From Gemmatimonadota bacterium (GTDB lineage Bacteria; Gemmatimonadota; Gemmatimonadetes; Longimicrobiales; Gaopeijiaceae), in NCBI GenBank assembly GCA_039589315.1, contig JBDHHQ010000008.1:45430-109429 (forward strand): a stretch of 64,000 nucleotides of DNA. The letters run 5' to 3'. Below, piece after piece: positions 1 through 10,128 of the stretch; within the stretch, counting starts at the first letter, position 1, and every line of letters starts with the position of its first letter. The position numbers and the translations under genes were made by a program. The notes under the pieces are model-generated. The model had not been told where the DNA came from. It searched no databases and saw only the letters and a program-made list of their open reading frames with translations.

Positions 1-2
1 TC

Positions 3-770
3 CACGATGGGCTCTGGTGCTCGTTCGGCCATTGCCACATGGGTGGCCACGCCGAGTACACGGCCGCCCGGGCCGGGGTGACCCGGGGTGACGCCGACGC
101 CTTTTCCCTGGAGTCCCACCGGCGCGCGGTCGATGCCATGGAGAGCGGCAAGTTCAAGGACGAGATCGTGCCCGTGGCGATAGAGACTCGGCGCGGCACC
201 ACCGTGGTGGACTCCGACGAGGGCCCCCGACGGGATACCAGCCTGGAGGCGCTCGGCAAGCTCCGGCCCGCCTTCCCGAAGGACGCGCCGTCGGAGATCG
301 ACGACCTGGTGGTGACCGCGGGGAACGCGCCCGGGCTGAACGACGGGGGAGCCGCCGTGGTCGTGGCCTCTCAGGCGTTCGCGGACGCCCATGGCCTGGA
401 ATACGAAGCCGTCATCACCGGGTACGCCTCGGGCGGCATGGAGCCCCAGGAGCTCTTCTTCGCCCCGGTCGTCGCGGTGCGCAACCTCATGGCGAAGGAG
501 GGCAAGGTCATCGGCGACTACGGACTCGTGGAGCTGAATGAGGCATTCGCCGTTCAAGCGCTTGCCGACATGCGCGAGCTGGAGATGGACCACGAGCGCG
601 TGAACGTGCACGGTGGCGCCGTGGCCCTCGGGCATCCCATCGGCGCCTCCGGCACACGCATCCTCGTGACGCTTCTTCACGCCATGGAGGATCGCGACGT
701 CGACTCCGGCCTCGCCACGCTCTGTCTGGGCGGCGGCAACGCGGTCGCCCTTTCCGTGGAGCGCCCCTAG
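3..770 (+). CDS. Acetyl-CoA C-acyltransferase (thiolase), 5' end outside window
   Basis: Frame is open from the window edge (HDGLWCSFGHCHMG). Thiolase motifs NAPGLNDG, ELNEAFA, GHPIGASG and CLGGG are present. Confidence 0.95.
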   Translation, partial: HDGLWCSFGHCHMGGHAEYTAARAGVTRGDADAFSLESHRRAVDAMESGKFKDEIVPVAIETRRGTTVVDSDEGPRRDTSLEALGKLRPAFPKDAPSEIDDLVVTAGNAPGLNDGGAAVVVASQAFADAHGLEYEAVITGYASGGMEPQELFFAPVVAVRNLMAKEGKVIGDYGLVELNEAFAVQALADMRELEMDHERVNVHGGAVALGHPIGASGTRILVTLLHAMEDRDVDSGLATLCLGGGNAVALSVERP

Positions 771-819
771 CGTCCCACGGGCGCGAACACCCGGATCTGA
801 ACCCAGGAGCACCGCCGCA

Positions 820-1404
820 ATGAACGAAGCCACCGGAGCGCACCGGACTTGGGCACCTACCGAGCTGGTGCCGGACCGCCGCATGAGGACAGCCCTCGGC
901 GGCGCGGCATTCGTGATCGCCATGACAGTGAGTGCGTACGTGGCGATCCCGGTGCCGTGGAGCCCCGTACCCATGACGCTGCAGCCCATGGTGGTCCTCC
1001 TGGCCGGGGCCCTTCTGGGGCCCGTGACCGGGGCGGCTGCGATGGCGAGCTACCTCGCTGTGGGCGTCGTGGGCGCCCCCGTCTTCGCCGGTGGCCACGC
1101 CGGGCTCCCGTGGCTCGTGGGTCCCACGGGTGGCTACCTCATGGCGTTTCCCGCCGCAGCCCTGGTGGTTGGCCTCGTGGCGGGCCGGAGTCGGCGGTGG
1201 CTCCCGGTCCTGCTCGGGCTCCTCGCGGGCCTGGGCACCATCTACCTGGGCGGCATCACCCAGCTGGCGGTGGTGACGGGACAGGATCCCCGGGCGCTCC
1301 TGGCCCTCGGCGTGGTCCCGTTCCTGGGGGGAGATCTGATCAAGGTGGCTCTCGCCCTCATCATCGTCAGGCGGTTCCGCAAGGAGGGCCTCGGAGGCAG
1401 CTAG
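820..1404 (+). CDS. bioY: Biotin transporter BioY
   Basis: Hydrophobic 194 aa protein with PVPMTLQ, G(A)PVFAGG and GPTGGYL motifs; AGGAG RBS upstream. Confidence 0.92.
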   Translation: MNEATGAHRTWAPTELVPDRRMRTALGGAAFVIAMTVSAYVAIPVPWSPVPMTLQPMVVLLAGALLGPVTGAAAMASYLAVGVVGAPVFAGGHAGLPWLVGPTGGYLMAFPAAALVVGLVAGRSRRWLPVLLGLLAGLGTIYLGGITQLAVVTGQDPRALLALGVVPFLGGDLIKVALALIIVRRFRKEGLGGS

Positions 1405-1524
1405 CCGTCCGAGGCCTTCTTCTTGGCAGCGCGCCCCGGACGGCGCGCTGCGGTCGCTGGAGCCCGGGGATCGGTCCGGGCGCGTGACCGCGCAGAGTAC
1501 GGAAAGAACAGGAGGAAGAGGGAC

Positions 1525-2376
1525 TTGCAGCGGATCGTCGTCATCGGCGGTGGAACCATGGGGAATGGCATCGCGCACGTCTGTGCCCAGCACGGCCGTG
1601 ACGTGACGCTGGTGGACGTTGCGCGGAACGTGCTGGACGACGCGCTCTCGACGATCGGCCGCAATCTCGACCGGCAAGTGGGGAAGGGGATCCTGGACGA
1701 CGAGGCGCGCACTGCCACGTTGGCCCGGCTCCGGGTGTCCACCTCTCTGGAGGAGGCCTCTGCCGACGCCGAGTTGGTCGTCGAGGCCGTGCCGGAGAGG
1801 GCCGAGCTCAAGGCCCGGATCTTCGGTGCCCTGGACGAAGCGGCCCCCGAGGCCGCAGTCCTGGCCAGCAACACGTCGTCCATTTCCATCACCGAGATCG
1901 CCGCCGCGACGTCCAGGCCCGAGAAGGTCATCGGGATGCACTTCATGAACCCGGTTCCCGTCATGAAGCTCGTGGAGGTGATTCGCGGGCTCGCCACCGA
2001 CGAGGCCACCACCGCTGCGGTCATGGACCTGTCGCGTGAGCTGGGCAAGACGCCCGTGGAGGTGGCGGACTTTCCGGGGTTCGTGTCCAATCGGGTACTC
2101 ATGCCCATGGTCAACGAGGCGGTGTTCGCCTTGATGGAGGGCGTAGCCGATGCCGAGGCCATCGACACGGTCATGAAGCTGGGGATGAACCATCCCATGG
2201 GCCCTCTTGCTCTCGCCGACCTCATCGGCTTGGACACCTGCCTCAACATCCTGGAGGTTCTCCATCGGGACCTGGGGGACGACCGCTACCGGCCGTGTCC
2301 GCTGCTGAGGAAGTACGTGGCGGCGGGCTGGCATGGCCGCAAGAGCGGTCGTGGGTTCCATCGTTACGCCGGGTAG
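1525..2376 (+). CDS. hbd: 3-hydroxybutyryl-CoA / 3-hydroxyacyl-CoA dehydrogenase
   Basis: GGGTMGNG Rossmann motif, SNTSS, GMHFMNPVP, HPMGPL, GRKSGRGF. Probable TTG start at 1525 after GGAGGA. Confidence 0.93.
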   Translation: MQRIVVIGGGTMGNGIAHVCAQHGRDVTLVDVARNVLDDALSTIGRNLDRQVGKGILDDEARTATLARLRVSTSLEEASADAELVVEAVPERAELKARIFGALDEAAPEAAVLASNTSSISITEIAAATSRPEKVIGMHFMNPVPVMKLVEVIRGLATDEATTAAVMDLSRELGKTPVEVADFPGFVSNRVLMPMVNEAVFALMEGVADAEAIDTVMKLGMNHPMGPLALADLIGLDTCLNILEVLHRDLGDDRYRPCPLLRKYVAAGWHGRKSGRGFHRYAG

Positions 2377-2389
2377 AGGACGAGTCCAC

Positions 2390-3577
2390 GTGGTGCTGAC
2401 ACCCGAACAGATCGAGATCCGGGACCTGGCGCGAGACTTCGCCGCCGGTGAGATCCGGACCCGCGCGGGTCATTGGGACGAACACCGGCGTCTCGACGAG
2501 GACATCTTCGCCAAGCTCGGAGAGCTGGGCTTCCTCGGCATGCTGGTGCCCGAGGAGCATGGGGGCCTGGAGTTGGACCTGACCACCTACCTCCTGGTCC
2601 TCGAGCAGCTGGCCTGGGGGGACGCCAGCGTGGCGCTGTCCGTGGGGATCCAGAACGGTCCGCTGGTGGGGCTGATCCTCGCGCACGGCACGGACGAACA
2701 GAAGGAGCGCTGGCTCCCGGAGCTGGCGAGCGGGAGTCTCCTGGGTGCCTTCGCGCTTTCGGAGCGAGCCGCCGGCAGTGATGCCGCGGCCCTCGCCGCG
2801 AGGGCCTTTCCCGCGGGCGACGGGTGGCGCTTGGAGGGCCGCAAGAAGTGGGTGACCAACGGCGACCGCGCCGGCGTCATCCTGGTGTTCGCCCGCCTGG
2901 AGGGCACCGATCACGACCCGGCCCCCATGGGTGCGTTCCTGGTGGACCGGAGCGCTCACGGCTACGAGGTCGGCCGGCGGGAGAAGACCATGGGACTCCG
3001 GGCATCCCAGACCGTAGAGGTGGTGCTGGATTCCGTGGCGGTGGACGGCGAGCGCCTGATCTCCCTGCCCGACGACGGGTTCGTCTCGGTGCTGCGTGCG
3101 CTGGATCTGGCCCGTCTGGGGGACGCCGCCATCTCGGTGGGTATCGGCCAGTCGGCGTTCGAGCACGCCACGGCGTATGCGCTGGAGCGCCACCAGTTCG
3201 GGACGGCCATTGCCGACTTCGGGGCGATACAGGCCAAGCTCGCCGACATGGCGACGAGAATCGCCGGGGCCCGGGCCCTCACTCTCGACGTGGCCAGCCG
3301 CTTCTCAGCGGCCCGGCAGGCGGGGAATGTGCGCGGCCCCACCGGTTCTTCGAGTCTGCGGGCCTCGGCGGCCATGGCGAAGCTGAACGCCAGCCAGGCT
3401 GCCCTCTGGGTCGCTGACGAGGCGGTGCAGATCTTCGGAGGGTACGGCTACATGCGGGACTACCCGGTGGAGAAGCTCCTCCGGGACGCGAAGGGCACGG
3501 AAATCCTCGAGGGCACCAGCGAGATCATGCGCGTGGCCATTGCCCGTGAGGTCATCAAAGAAGCCAAGGAGGCGTAG
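2390..3577 (+). CDS. Acyl-CoA dehydrogenase
   Basis: FALSE..AGSD, GRKKWVTNG, RHQFG, QIFGGYGY and EILEGTSEI motifs; start chosen at GTG 2390. Confidence 0.95.
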   Translation: MVLTPEQIEIRDLARDFAAGEIRTRAGHWDEHRRLDEDIFAKLGELGFLGMLVPEEHGGLELDLTTYLLVLEQLAWGDASVALSVGIQNGPLVGLILAHGTDEQKERWLPELASGSLLGAFALSERAAGSDAAALAARAFPAGDGWRLEGRKKWVTNGDRAGVILVFARLEGTDHDPAPMGAFLVDRSAHGYEVGRREKTMGLRASQTVEVVLDSVAVDGERLISLPDDGFVSVLRALDLARLGDAAISVGIGQSAFEHATAYALERHQFGTAIADFGAIQAKLADMATRIAGARALTLDVASRFSAARQAGNVRGPTGSSSLRASAAMAKLNASQAALWVADEAVQIFGGYGYMRDYPVEKLLRDAKGTEILEGTSEIMRVAIAREVIKEAKEA

Positions 3578-3675
3578 TGGCGACAGGTCAACGAACCGCG
3601 GTCGAATGGTCCGAAACGGGAACCGAGCGGCCATCGCCCCCGAAGACGACCCCAAGCACGACGGAGCCGGAGCGC

Positions 3676-4731
3676 ATGGAGATCTTCGAGATGATGGCGG
3701 TCCGCGAGCACGAGCAGCTCCTGTTCTGGAGCGAGCCGTCCATCGGGTATCGGGGCATCATCGCGATTCATGACACGACTTTGGGCCCTGCGCTGGGGGG
3801 CACCCGCTTCTGGTCCTACGCCGGCGATCAAGAAGCGCTGGTGGACGTTCTCCGGCTCTCCCGCGGCATGACCTACAAGGCGGCCATCACCGGGCTCAAC
3901 CTCGGCGGTGGCAAGTCGGTCATCATCGGCGACAACCGCACCCTGGATCGGGAGATGATCTTCCGGGCCCACGGTCGGGCGGTGGATTCGCTCAAGGGTC
4001 GCTACATCACGGCGGAGGACGTGGGTACGTCGGTCGACGACATGGAGTTCATCCGCATGGAGACGGACTCGGTCGTCGGCGTCTACGGCGGATCGGGCGA
4101 TCCGTCCCCGGTCACCGCCTACGGCGTCTATCGCGGCATCAAGGCGTGCGCCATGTTCCGGTACGGAGAGGACAGCCTGGACGGCAAGCACGTGGCGGTT
4201 CAGGGCGTCGGGCACGTCGGATACTTCCTGTGCGAGTATCTCGCGCAGGAGGGCGCCAGGCTCACCGTGACGGACATCGACGACGAGCGTGTCGCCCGCG
4301 TGGTCGAGGAGTTCGGCGCGTCTGCCGTTCAGTTGGACGACATCTATGCGGTGGACGCCGACGTGTTCGCACCATGTGCCCTCGGAGCCGTCATCAATGA
4401 CGACACCCTCCCGGTGTTGAAAGTCGACATCGTGGCCGGGGCGGCCAACAATCAGTTGGCCCGGGAGAACCATGGCCGGGAGGCCGAGCGCCACGGGATC
4501 CTCTACGCACCGGACTACGTGATCAATGCGGGCGGGCTCTGCAACGTGTACGCCGAGCTCCACGACTGGAAGCCCGAGCGCAGCCGTCGCAAGGCGGGGG
4601 AGATCTACGGGACGCTGCTCCGCATCTTCGAGCGCGCGAAGGAAGAGGGGATCCCGACGAGCGAGGCCGCGGACCGCCTCGCGGAGCAGAGGATCGAGCA
4701 GGCGCGCCAGCTACAGCGCACATGGCTCTGA
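3676..4731 (+). CDS. Leu/Phe/Val dehydrogenase
   Basis: GPALGGTR, GMTYK, GGGKSVI, TAEDVG, QGVGHVG, GAANNQL and APDYVINAGG motifs; ATG 3676 preferred. Confidence 0.93.
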   Translation: MEIFEMMAVREHEQLLFWSEPSIGYRGIIAIHDTTLGPALGGTRFWSYAGDQEALVDVLRLSRGMTYKAAITGLNLGGGKSVIIGDNRTLDREMIFRAHGRAVDSLKGRYITAEDVGTSVDDMEFIRMETDSVVGVYGGSGDPSPVTAYGVYRGIKACAMFRYGEDSLDGKHVAVQGVGHVGYFLCEYLAQEGARLTVTDIDDERVARVVEEFGASAVQLDDIYAVDADVFAPCALGAVINDDTLPVLKVDIVAGAANNQLARENHGREAERHGILYAPDYVINAGGLCNVYAELHDWKPERSRRKAGEIYGTLLRIFERAKEEGIPTSEAADRLAEQRIEQARQLQRTWL

Positions 4732-4815
4732 GACCCGGTAGCGGGCGGACCGCCGCGACACGGTGACGGGACACCAGGAAACGGCAAGACGAGGACTCGA
4801 ACCCGGCAGGGGCGG

Positions 4816-6072
4816 ATGGAGCACCTGAAAAACGTGGATCCGGAGATCTTCGAGACGATTCGTAGGGAAGCTGAGCGTCAGGGCTCGCAGCTCGAACTCA
4901 TCGCCAGCGAGAACTTCGTGTCGCGGGCCGTCCTCGAGGCCACGGGCACGGTCCTGACGAACAAGTACGCCGAGGGACTGCCCGGAAAGCGGTACTACGG
5001 CGGGTGCGAGTTCGTGGACGTGGCTGAGGACCTCGCCCGGGATCGGGCGACGCAACTGTTCGGCGCCGATCACGCGAACGTCCAGCCACACTCCGGCGCC
5101 CAGGCCAACATGGCGGCTTTTCTAGCCTTCCTGAAGCCCGGCGACCTGATTCTCGGGATGGACTTGAACCACGGGGGGCATCTCACACACGGCTCACCCG
5201 TGAATTTCAGCGGCCAGCTCTTCGAGGTGGCGGCCTACGGGGTCGACGAGGCGACGGGCCGCATCGACTACGATCGGCTCCACGCCCAGGCCCGGGAGGT
5301 CCGTCCGGCGATGATCATCGCGGGGGCGAGCGCCTACCCACGGATCATCGACTTCGCCGCCTTCGGCCAGGTCGCTCAGGACGTCGGTGCCCTCCTGCTC
5401 GTCGATATGGCCCACATCGCCGGGCTGGTAGCGGCGGAGGTCCACCCCAGCCCCGTTCCCCACGCGGACGTCGTGACGACCACCACGCACAAGACGCTGC
5501 GGGGGCCGCGCGGCGGCATGATCCTCTGCCGGGCCGAACACGCCCGAGCCATTGACAAAGCGGTGTTCCCGGGTACCCAGGGCGGTCCCCTGATGCACGC
5601 CATCGCCGCTAAGGCAGTCGCGCTCAAAGAGGCGGCTCAGCCCGACTTCACGACGTATTCCCGCCAGGTCGTGGCCAACGCCGTGGCCATGGCCGACGGG
5701 CTCCTGGAGCGGGGCTTCGACCTCGTCAGCGGCGGCACCGACAGCCACCTGATTCTCGTGGACCTGCGTAATCGCCGCGAGCTCACCGGGAAGGACGCCG
5801 AGCTCGCATTGGAGGAGGCCGGGATCACCGTGAACAAGAACACGGTGCCGGGAGAAACCCGGTCACCGTTCGTTACGTCCGGTCTCCGCATCGGCACCGC
5901 GGCCCTGACCAGTCGCGGGATGGGAGAGACCGAGATGGCCGGCATCGCCGATTGGATCGCCGACGTCCTGGAGGACCCCGAAGACGAGGGCATCCGCAGC
6001 CGTGTCCGAGGCGAGGTCGTGGAGCTGTGCGACGCCTTCCCCCTTTACAGGGAGTTGGCGAGCCTGGCATAG
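4816..6072 (+). CDS. glyA: Serine hydroxymethyltransferase
   Basis: [33 protein letters not shown] (PLP lysine) and [11 protein letters not shown] motifs. Confidence 0.98.
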   Translation: MEHLKNVDPEIFETIRREAERQGSQLELIASENFVSRAVLEATGTVLTNKYAEGLPGKRYYGGCEFVDVAEDLARDRATQLFGADHANVQPHSGAQANMAAFLAFLKPGDLILGMDLNHGGHLTHGSPVNFSGQLFEVAAYGVDEATGRIDYDRLHAQAREVRPAMIIAGASAYPRIIDFAAFGQVAQDVGALLLVDMAHIAGLVAAEVHPSPVPHADVVTTTTHKTLRGPRGGMILCRAEHARAIDKAVFPGTQGGPLMHAIAAKAVALKEAAQPDFTTYSRQVVANAVAMADGLLERGFDLVSGGTDSHLILVDLRNRRELTGKDAELALEEAGITVNKNTVPGETRSPFVTSGLRIGTAALTSRGMGETEMAGIADWIADVLEDPEDEGIRSRVRGEVVELCDAFPLYRELASLA

Positions 6073-6124
6073 TTCCCCCGGCGCCGAGCGGGCGTCGGGG
6101 ACCGTATCCGGGCGAGGGCCAGGT

Positions 6125-6152
6125 TTGCGCCCCGCACCCGAGATCGTAAGAT
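6125..6152 (+). promoter_or_regulatory. Candidate sigma70 promoter (TTGCGC-N16-TAAGAT), possibly leaderless
   Basis: The -10-like hexamer ends 7 nt before ATG 6160; no Shine-Dalgarno visible. Confidence 0.4.
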
Positions 6153-6159
6153 TCCTGAT

Positions 6160-6540
6160 ATGACTGACTTGCAGTTCGCAGAGAGCATCCTGGATCAGCT
6201 CCGGGAGAGGAACCCGCGCTTCCACGGGAAAGCGTACTTGTTCCTCCTGTCTGCCCTTCACTCGGTCATGAAGGATCTGGACGAGCCCCGCCACATCTCG
6301 GGCCAGGAGCTCGCCGAGGGCGTCCGTGAGCTTGCCCTCGAACAGTACGGCCCCATCGCACGGACCGTGCTCGAGCACTGGGGCATCCACACGACTCGGG
6401 ACCTCGGGGAGATCGTGTTCACGCTGGTGGACGCTGGTGTGCTCATCAAGCAAAGTGGCGACTCGAGGGCCGACTTCGAGGACATCTTCGACTTCGAGGA
6501 CGTCTTCGAGCGCGACTACCCATGGGGTGCCGCGAGCTAG
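6160..6540 (+). CDS. Conserved hypothetical protein, Minf_1886-like family
   Basis: RHISGQEL, ARTVLEHWGIHTTRDLGEIVFTLV and DFEDIFDF resemble the Planctomycete/Verrucomicrobia conserved family (recognised from memory). Confidence 0.75.
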   Translation: MTDLQFAESILDQLRERNPRFHGKAYLFLLSALHSVMKDLDEPRHISGQELAEGVRELALEQYGPIARTVLEHWGIHTTRDLGEIVFTLVDAGVLIKQSGDSRADFEDIFDFEDVFERDYPWGAAS

Positions 6541-6603
6541 GGGCCAGGAGGGCCGCCAGCCTGCGCACGCCGCAGCTTTCCACGCAGACGGGAGGGGTTG
6601 AAC

Positions 6604-6801
6604 ATGGAGGACGGTCGTGGATTCCCTAGTTGTCTGAAGTGCGAGACCGGTCTTCTGCTGCCGCTTTCCGACTACGGCAGGGACGGAGCACCGATCCGGT
6701 ACAAGGCATGGGTGTGCTCGAACCCGGATTGCGGGTTCAACATCCGCATCGACAACGGGGAGATCACGCTGGGCCGAAATATCGGTCAGAGCTACAAGTA
6801 G
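6604..6801 (+). CDS. Small Zn-ribbon-like protein (65 aa)
   Basis: GGAGG RBS 8 nt upstream of ATG 6604; CLKC and CSNPDC cysteine pairs. Confidence 0.75.
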   Translation: MEDGRGFPSCLKCETGLLLPLSDYGRDGAPIRYKAWVCSNPDCGFNIRIDNGEITLGRNIGQSYK

Positions 6802-6863
6802 GTCCCACCGGAGGGTCTGCCGGCAGCGCTTCCCTGTACAAGGGACTGGAGGGGGGGTGACCC

Positions 6864-8453
6864 GTGGCAGACCCGAGCTCTACAGAACTCCCCGCCCGAC
6901 CCTTCGGTCGGACCCACATCGGAGCCCCGACCGGGTCGGAGGCAGCGGCGTTCGACCGCGAAGCCATCGACCGGGTCGGGGTTCCGCAGTACACCCTGAT
7001 GGAGAACGCGGGCCGATCCGCGGCCCAGATCGTCCAGCGGCTCCACCCCGATGGCCGGGTGGTGGGCGTGGTGGGCGCCGGTAACAACGGCGGCGACGCC
7101 CTGGTTCTCCTTCGGACGCTCTCGGCCTGGGGAAGGACCGTGCGCGCCCTGATCGTTGCAGATCGAGTGGACGAGGGACTCCGGCACGGGTGGGACCTGC
7201 CCACGGTCCTGGACACCGATCTGGCAGGCGATGAGGCCTACGACGCGATCCTGGCCGGCGCGGGGGTCGTGGTGGACGGGATCCTCGGCACCGGCATTCG
7301 CGGGGCCCCCCGCGAGCGGCAAGCCCGTGCCATAGAGGCCGTGAACCGCAGCGAGGCACCGGTGTTCGCGCTCGACATTCCATCGGGGGTCGACGCCGCC
7401 ACCGGTGCCGCGGCCGGAGCCTCGATTCGCGCACAGGAGACGGTGGCATTCGGCTGGCCGAAGCTGGGGTCCCTCGTGCCTCCGGGCCGGAGCCAGGCCG
7501 GCCGGCTGATCGCGGTGGAGATCGGGTTCCCGCCGGCCGGCCCGCCCTTCGGCGCGGCGGTCATCACGCCCGGCTGGGCGCACGCACGCCGCCCTCGGCG
7601 TGAGAGCGAGACTCACAAGTACGCGGTGGGCACACTGCTGCTGGTCGCCGGCCGGGCGGGAATGGGAGGCGCGGCGGTGATGGCCGCTCGCGCCGCGCAA
7701 CGGTCGGGTATCGGGCTGCTGCGTGTGGCTTCCGCCGCCGAGAATCGAGAGATCCTCCAGACCACGGCTCCCGAGGCCATCTTCGTGGACCTCGCCGACC
7801 CGGCGGCAGTTCACGCCGCCCTCGAGAGATCCGCCACCGTCGCCGCCGGCCCCGGGTTGGGAACCGACGAGGAGGCGGGTAAGACCCTGTCGTTCGTGCT
7901 GGCCGAGTCCGGCGGCAAACCGACCGCCCTCGACGCTGACGCGCTGACCCTGGCCGCGGCGGGACGGACACCCCGGCTCGAGGATCTTGCGCGGGATCGG
8001 CCGCTGGTCCTCACGCCCCATGCCGGCGAGTTCGAGCGCATCACCTCGCACGGCCGCGACGCCATCGCGGCGGACCGCGTGGGGGTGGCGCGGGCAGCGG
8101 CGGCCACGCTCGGGGCCACGGTGCTCCTCAAGGGGCTCCCTTCGGTGGTTGCCGCACCCGCCGGCCAGGTCCGTGTCGACGTCATGGGCACGTCGGACCT
8201 GGCCACCGGGGGCATGGGAGACGTGCTGACAGGCGTGGTGGGGAGCTTCCTGGCTCAGGGCGCTCCGCCGGCCGAGGCCGCCGCCCTGGGCCTCTACTAC
8301 AGCGGCCGGGCCGCCGTTCTGGCCGGACGCGGACCGGGTCTGATCCCGGACGACGTTGTGGACCGGCTCTCCCAAGCCCTGCTGGAAGAAGGCGACGGCG
8401 TCACCGACCTGGATCTGCCCTTCGTCGTGTTCGACCAGGACCCGCCGCGGTAG
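6864..8453 (+). CDS. nnr: Bifunctional NAD(P)H-hydrate epimerase/dehydratase
   Basis: YjeF N-terminal LMENAG, GNNGGD, DGILGTG, DIPSG; C-terminal GPGLG, DADAL, TPHAGE, LATGGMGDVL. Confidence 0.95.
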   Translation: MADPSSTELPARPFGRTHIGAPTGSEAAAFDREAIDRVGVPQYTLMENAGRSAAQIVQRLHPDGRVVGVVGAGNNGGDALVLLRTLSAWGRTVRALIVADRVDEGLRHGWDLPTVLDTDLAGDEAYDAILAGAGVVVDGILGTGIRGAPRERQARAIEAVNRSEAPVFALDIPSGVDAATGAAAGASIRAQETVAFGWPKLGSLVPPGRSQAGRLIAVEIGFPPAGPPFGAAVITPGWAHARRPRRESETHKYAVGTLLLVAGRAGMGGAAVMAARAAQRSGIGLLRVASAAENREILQTTAPEAIFVDLADPAAVHAALERSATVAAGPGLGTDEEAGKTLSFVLAESGGKPTALDADALTLAAAGRTPRLEDLARDRPLVLTPHAGEFERITSHGRDAIAADRVGVARAAAATLGATVLLKGLPSVVAAPAGQVRVDVMGTSDLATGGMGDVLTGVVGSFLAQGAPPAEAAALGLYYSGRAAVLAGRGPGLIPDDVVDRLSQALLEEGDGVTDLDLPFVVFDQDPPR

Positions 8454-8542
8454 CGGGCCCGTCTGTGTCCTGCCGATGTCGGGTCCTGACGCCCTCGATA
8501 CGGAGGCGAAGCGGTCGGGCGCGGGGCGACCGTCCACGGTGT

Positions 8543-10126
8543 GTGGTGCGGACGCCAGCCCGCGCCGCTCTGCTACTCCTACCCTTCATGGCCGGACCGC
8601 TGACGGCCCAGGAGGGCCGAGCCTGGCGACCGGAGGACCGGACGGTGCTGACGTCGTTCCACCTGGTCAGCGGAATGGCCCGGGACGACCGCCAGCTCTA
8701 CGCCGCTTCCGAGGGCGGACTACAGATCCTCGACCTTCTGTCGGGGCGATGGGAGCAGCCGTCCACGATGGAGGACGGGTATCCCGTGGAGGAGGGCCCC
8801 GCGGCGTTGGCGTACGATCCCTTCGAACGCGTCGTGTGGCTCGGCACCGCCGCCGGAGGCCTCCACACCTACCAGGTCGATTTCGGCCGATGGCGGCTGG
8901 AGGCGTCGCCCGGCCTGGGCCCCATCGTGGCCATCTTCCCCCTCGCGGGGGAGCGTGGCGACGGGGTATTGGCTCGCACGCCGACCGGCTGGTATGTCGT
9001 GGAGCGCTTCTCGGGCGCGGTGCAACCCCTGCCCCCTGGCCAGCTACCCGCCCAGGCCGCCGCCCTGGAGGTGCCGGCACACGAGCGTCTCCGCCGCCTG
9101 GAACCGGCTTACGCCGCCAGCGGGGCGACCCTGACGGCGGACCGGGGCGGCCGCACGTGGCCGGTCACCTCGTTCGTCGCCGCGGACCGCCCGGGCGTCT
9201 ACTGGTTGGGTACGGCCGGGAATAACCTCTACCGATTCGATGTGCGTTTCCTCGAGGCCGAACCCCGTCCGTTCGGGCTGCTGACCCCGGGATCGGGAGC
9301 GTTGGCCCTCGGCGGCGGGTGGCTCTGGATGGGGGGCGACGGCAGAGGTCCCCGTCGGGGGCCCGTGCGGGCCAGCCAGGATCTCCAGCAGTGGCACCAG
9401 TACGAGGCCGGCATTGTCGCCGCCCCCTCGGAGCTGGTCGAGGACATCGCCGTAACGGAGGATGCCGTGTGGTTTGGCGGTCGGGGTGGGCTGTATCGCC
9501 TGGACCGGCCCTCGGACCGGTGGTCGCAGGTGGGCGGCATCGGCGGGCGCCTGCCCGTGCGGCGGCTGGCCCTCGCCGACGGCGGACTCTGGGTGGCCAC
9601 GGACCGCGGCCTCACGCGGGTCTCGGCCGACGGCACCGTGGGAGACACCTTCTTCGAAGGGCGGGCGGTGCACGCGGCAGTCGCGGCCAACGGTGGGATC
9701 TGGGTCGGCGGCGCCGGTAGCCTGGTCCACATGCTGGAGGATGGCCGGGTCGCGGCACCGGTGCCCGGCGCGCCACCCGCTCCACCCGGTCCCGTCGTGG
9801 ATCTGGTCTCGGACCGAGGGGACACCTGGGCGGCAACGCCGGATGCGCTATGGCGCTTCGACGGGCGGGGTTGGGAGGGCCCCCTGCGGGAGGTGCCCAC
9901 AAACGTGGGTCGACTCCGCCGGCTGAGGCTCACGGGAGATGCCCTCTGGGTGACCGGGGACGCCGGGGCCGCTCGGCGGGTGCGTGACGAGAGCGGTTGG
10001 CGCTACCTGCTGGTCGGCCGAGACCTGCCGGCCGGTCCGGCGCTGGACGTGCTGGTGACCGAGGACCGCGTATACGTCTCGACACCTGCGGGGGTCGTGC
10101 GCCTTCAGCGGCGGCGGGGGTACTGA
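8543..10126 (+). CDS. Secreted beta-propeller repeat protein
   Basis: Signal-peptide-like N-terminus (AALLLLPFMAGPLTAQ). Repeated blade motifs: VWLGT..GL, YWLGT, LWMGG, VWFGG, LWVATDRGL, IWVGG. Start is approximate. Confidence 0.7.
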   Translation: MVRTPARAALLLLPFMAGPLTAQEGRAWRPEDRTVLTSFHLVSGMARDDRQLYAASEGGLQILDLLSGRWEQPSTMEDGYPVEEGPAALAYDPFERVVWLGTAAGGLHTYQVDFGRWRLEASPGLGPIVAIFPLAGERGDGVLARTPTGWYVVERFSGAVQPLPPGQLPAQAAALEVPAHERLRRLEPAYAASGATLTADRGGRTWPVTSFVAADRPGVYWLGTAGNNLYRFDVRFLEAEPRPFGLLTPGSGALALGGGWLWMGGDGRGPRRGPVRASQDLQQWHQYEAGIVAAPSELVEDIAVTEDAVWFGGRGGLYRLDRPSDRWSQVGGIGGRLPVRRLALADGGLWVATDRGLTRVSADGTVGDTFFEGRAVHAAVAANGGIWVGGAGSLVHMLEDGRVAAPVPGAPPAPPGPVVDLVSDRGDTWAATPDALWRFDGRGWEGPLREVPTNVGRLRRLRLTGDALWVTGDAGAARRVRDESGWRYLLVGRDLPAGPALDVLVTEDRVYVSTPAGVVRLQRRRGY

Positions 10127-10128
10127 CC

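Noticed and set aside
4732..4815. Possible riboswitch or tRNA fragment upstream of glyA (GAGGACTCGAACCCG reads GGGTTCGAGTCC on the minus strand)
   Set aside because: No ZTP/THF riboswitch consensus is recognisable, and no cloverleaf forms around the T-loop-like sequence.
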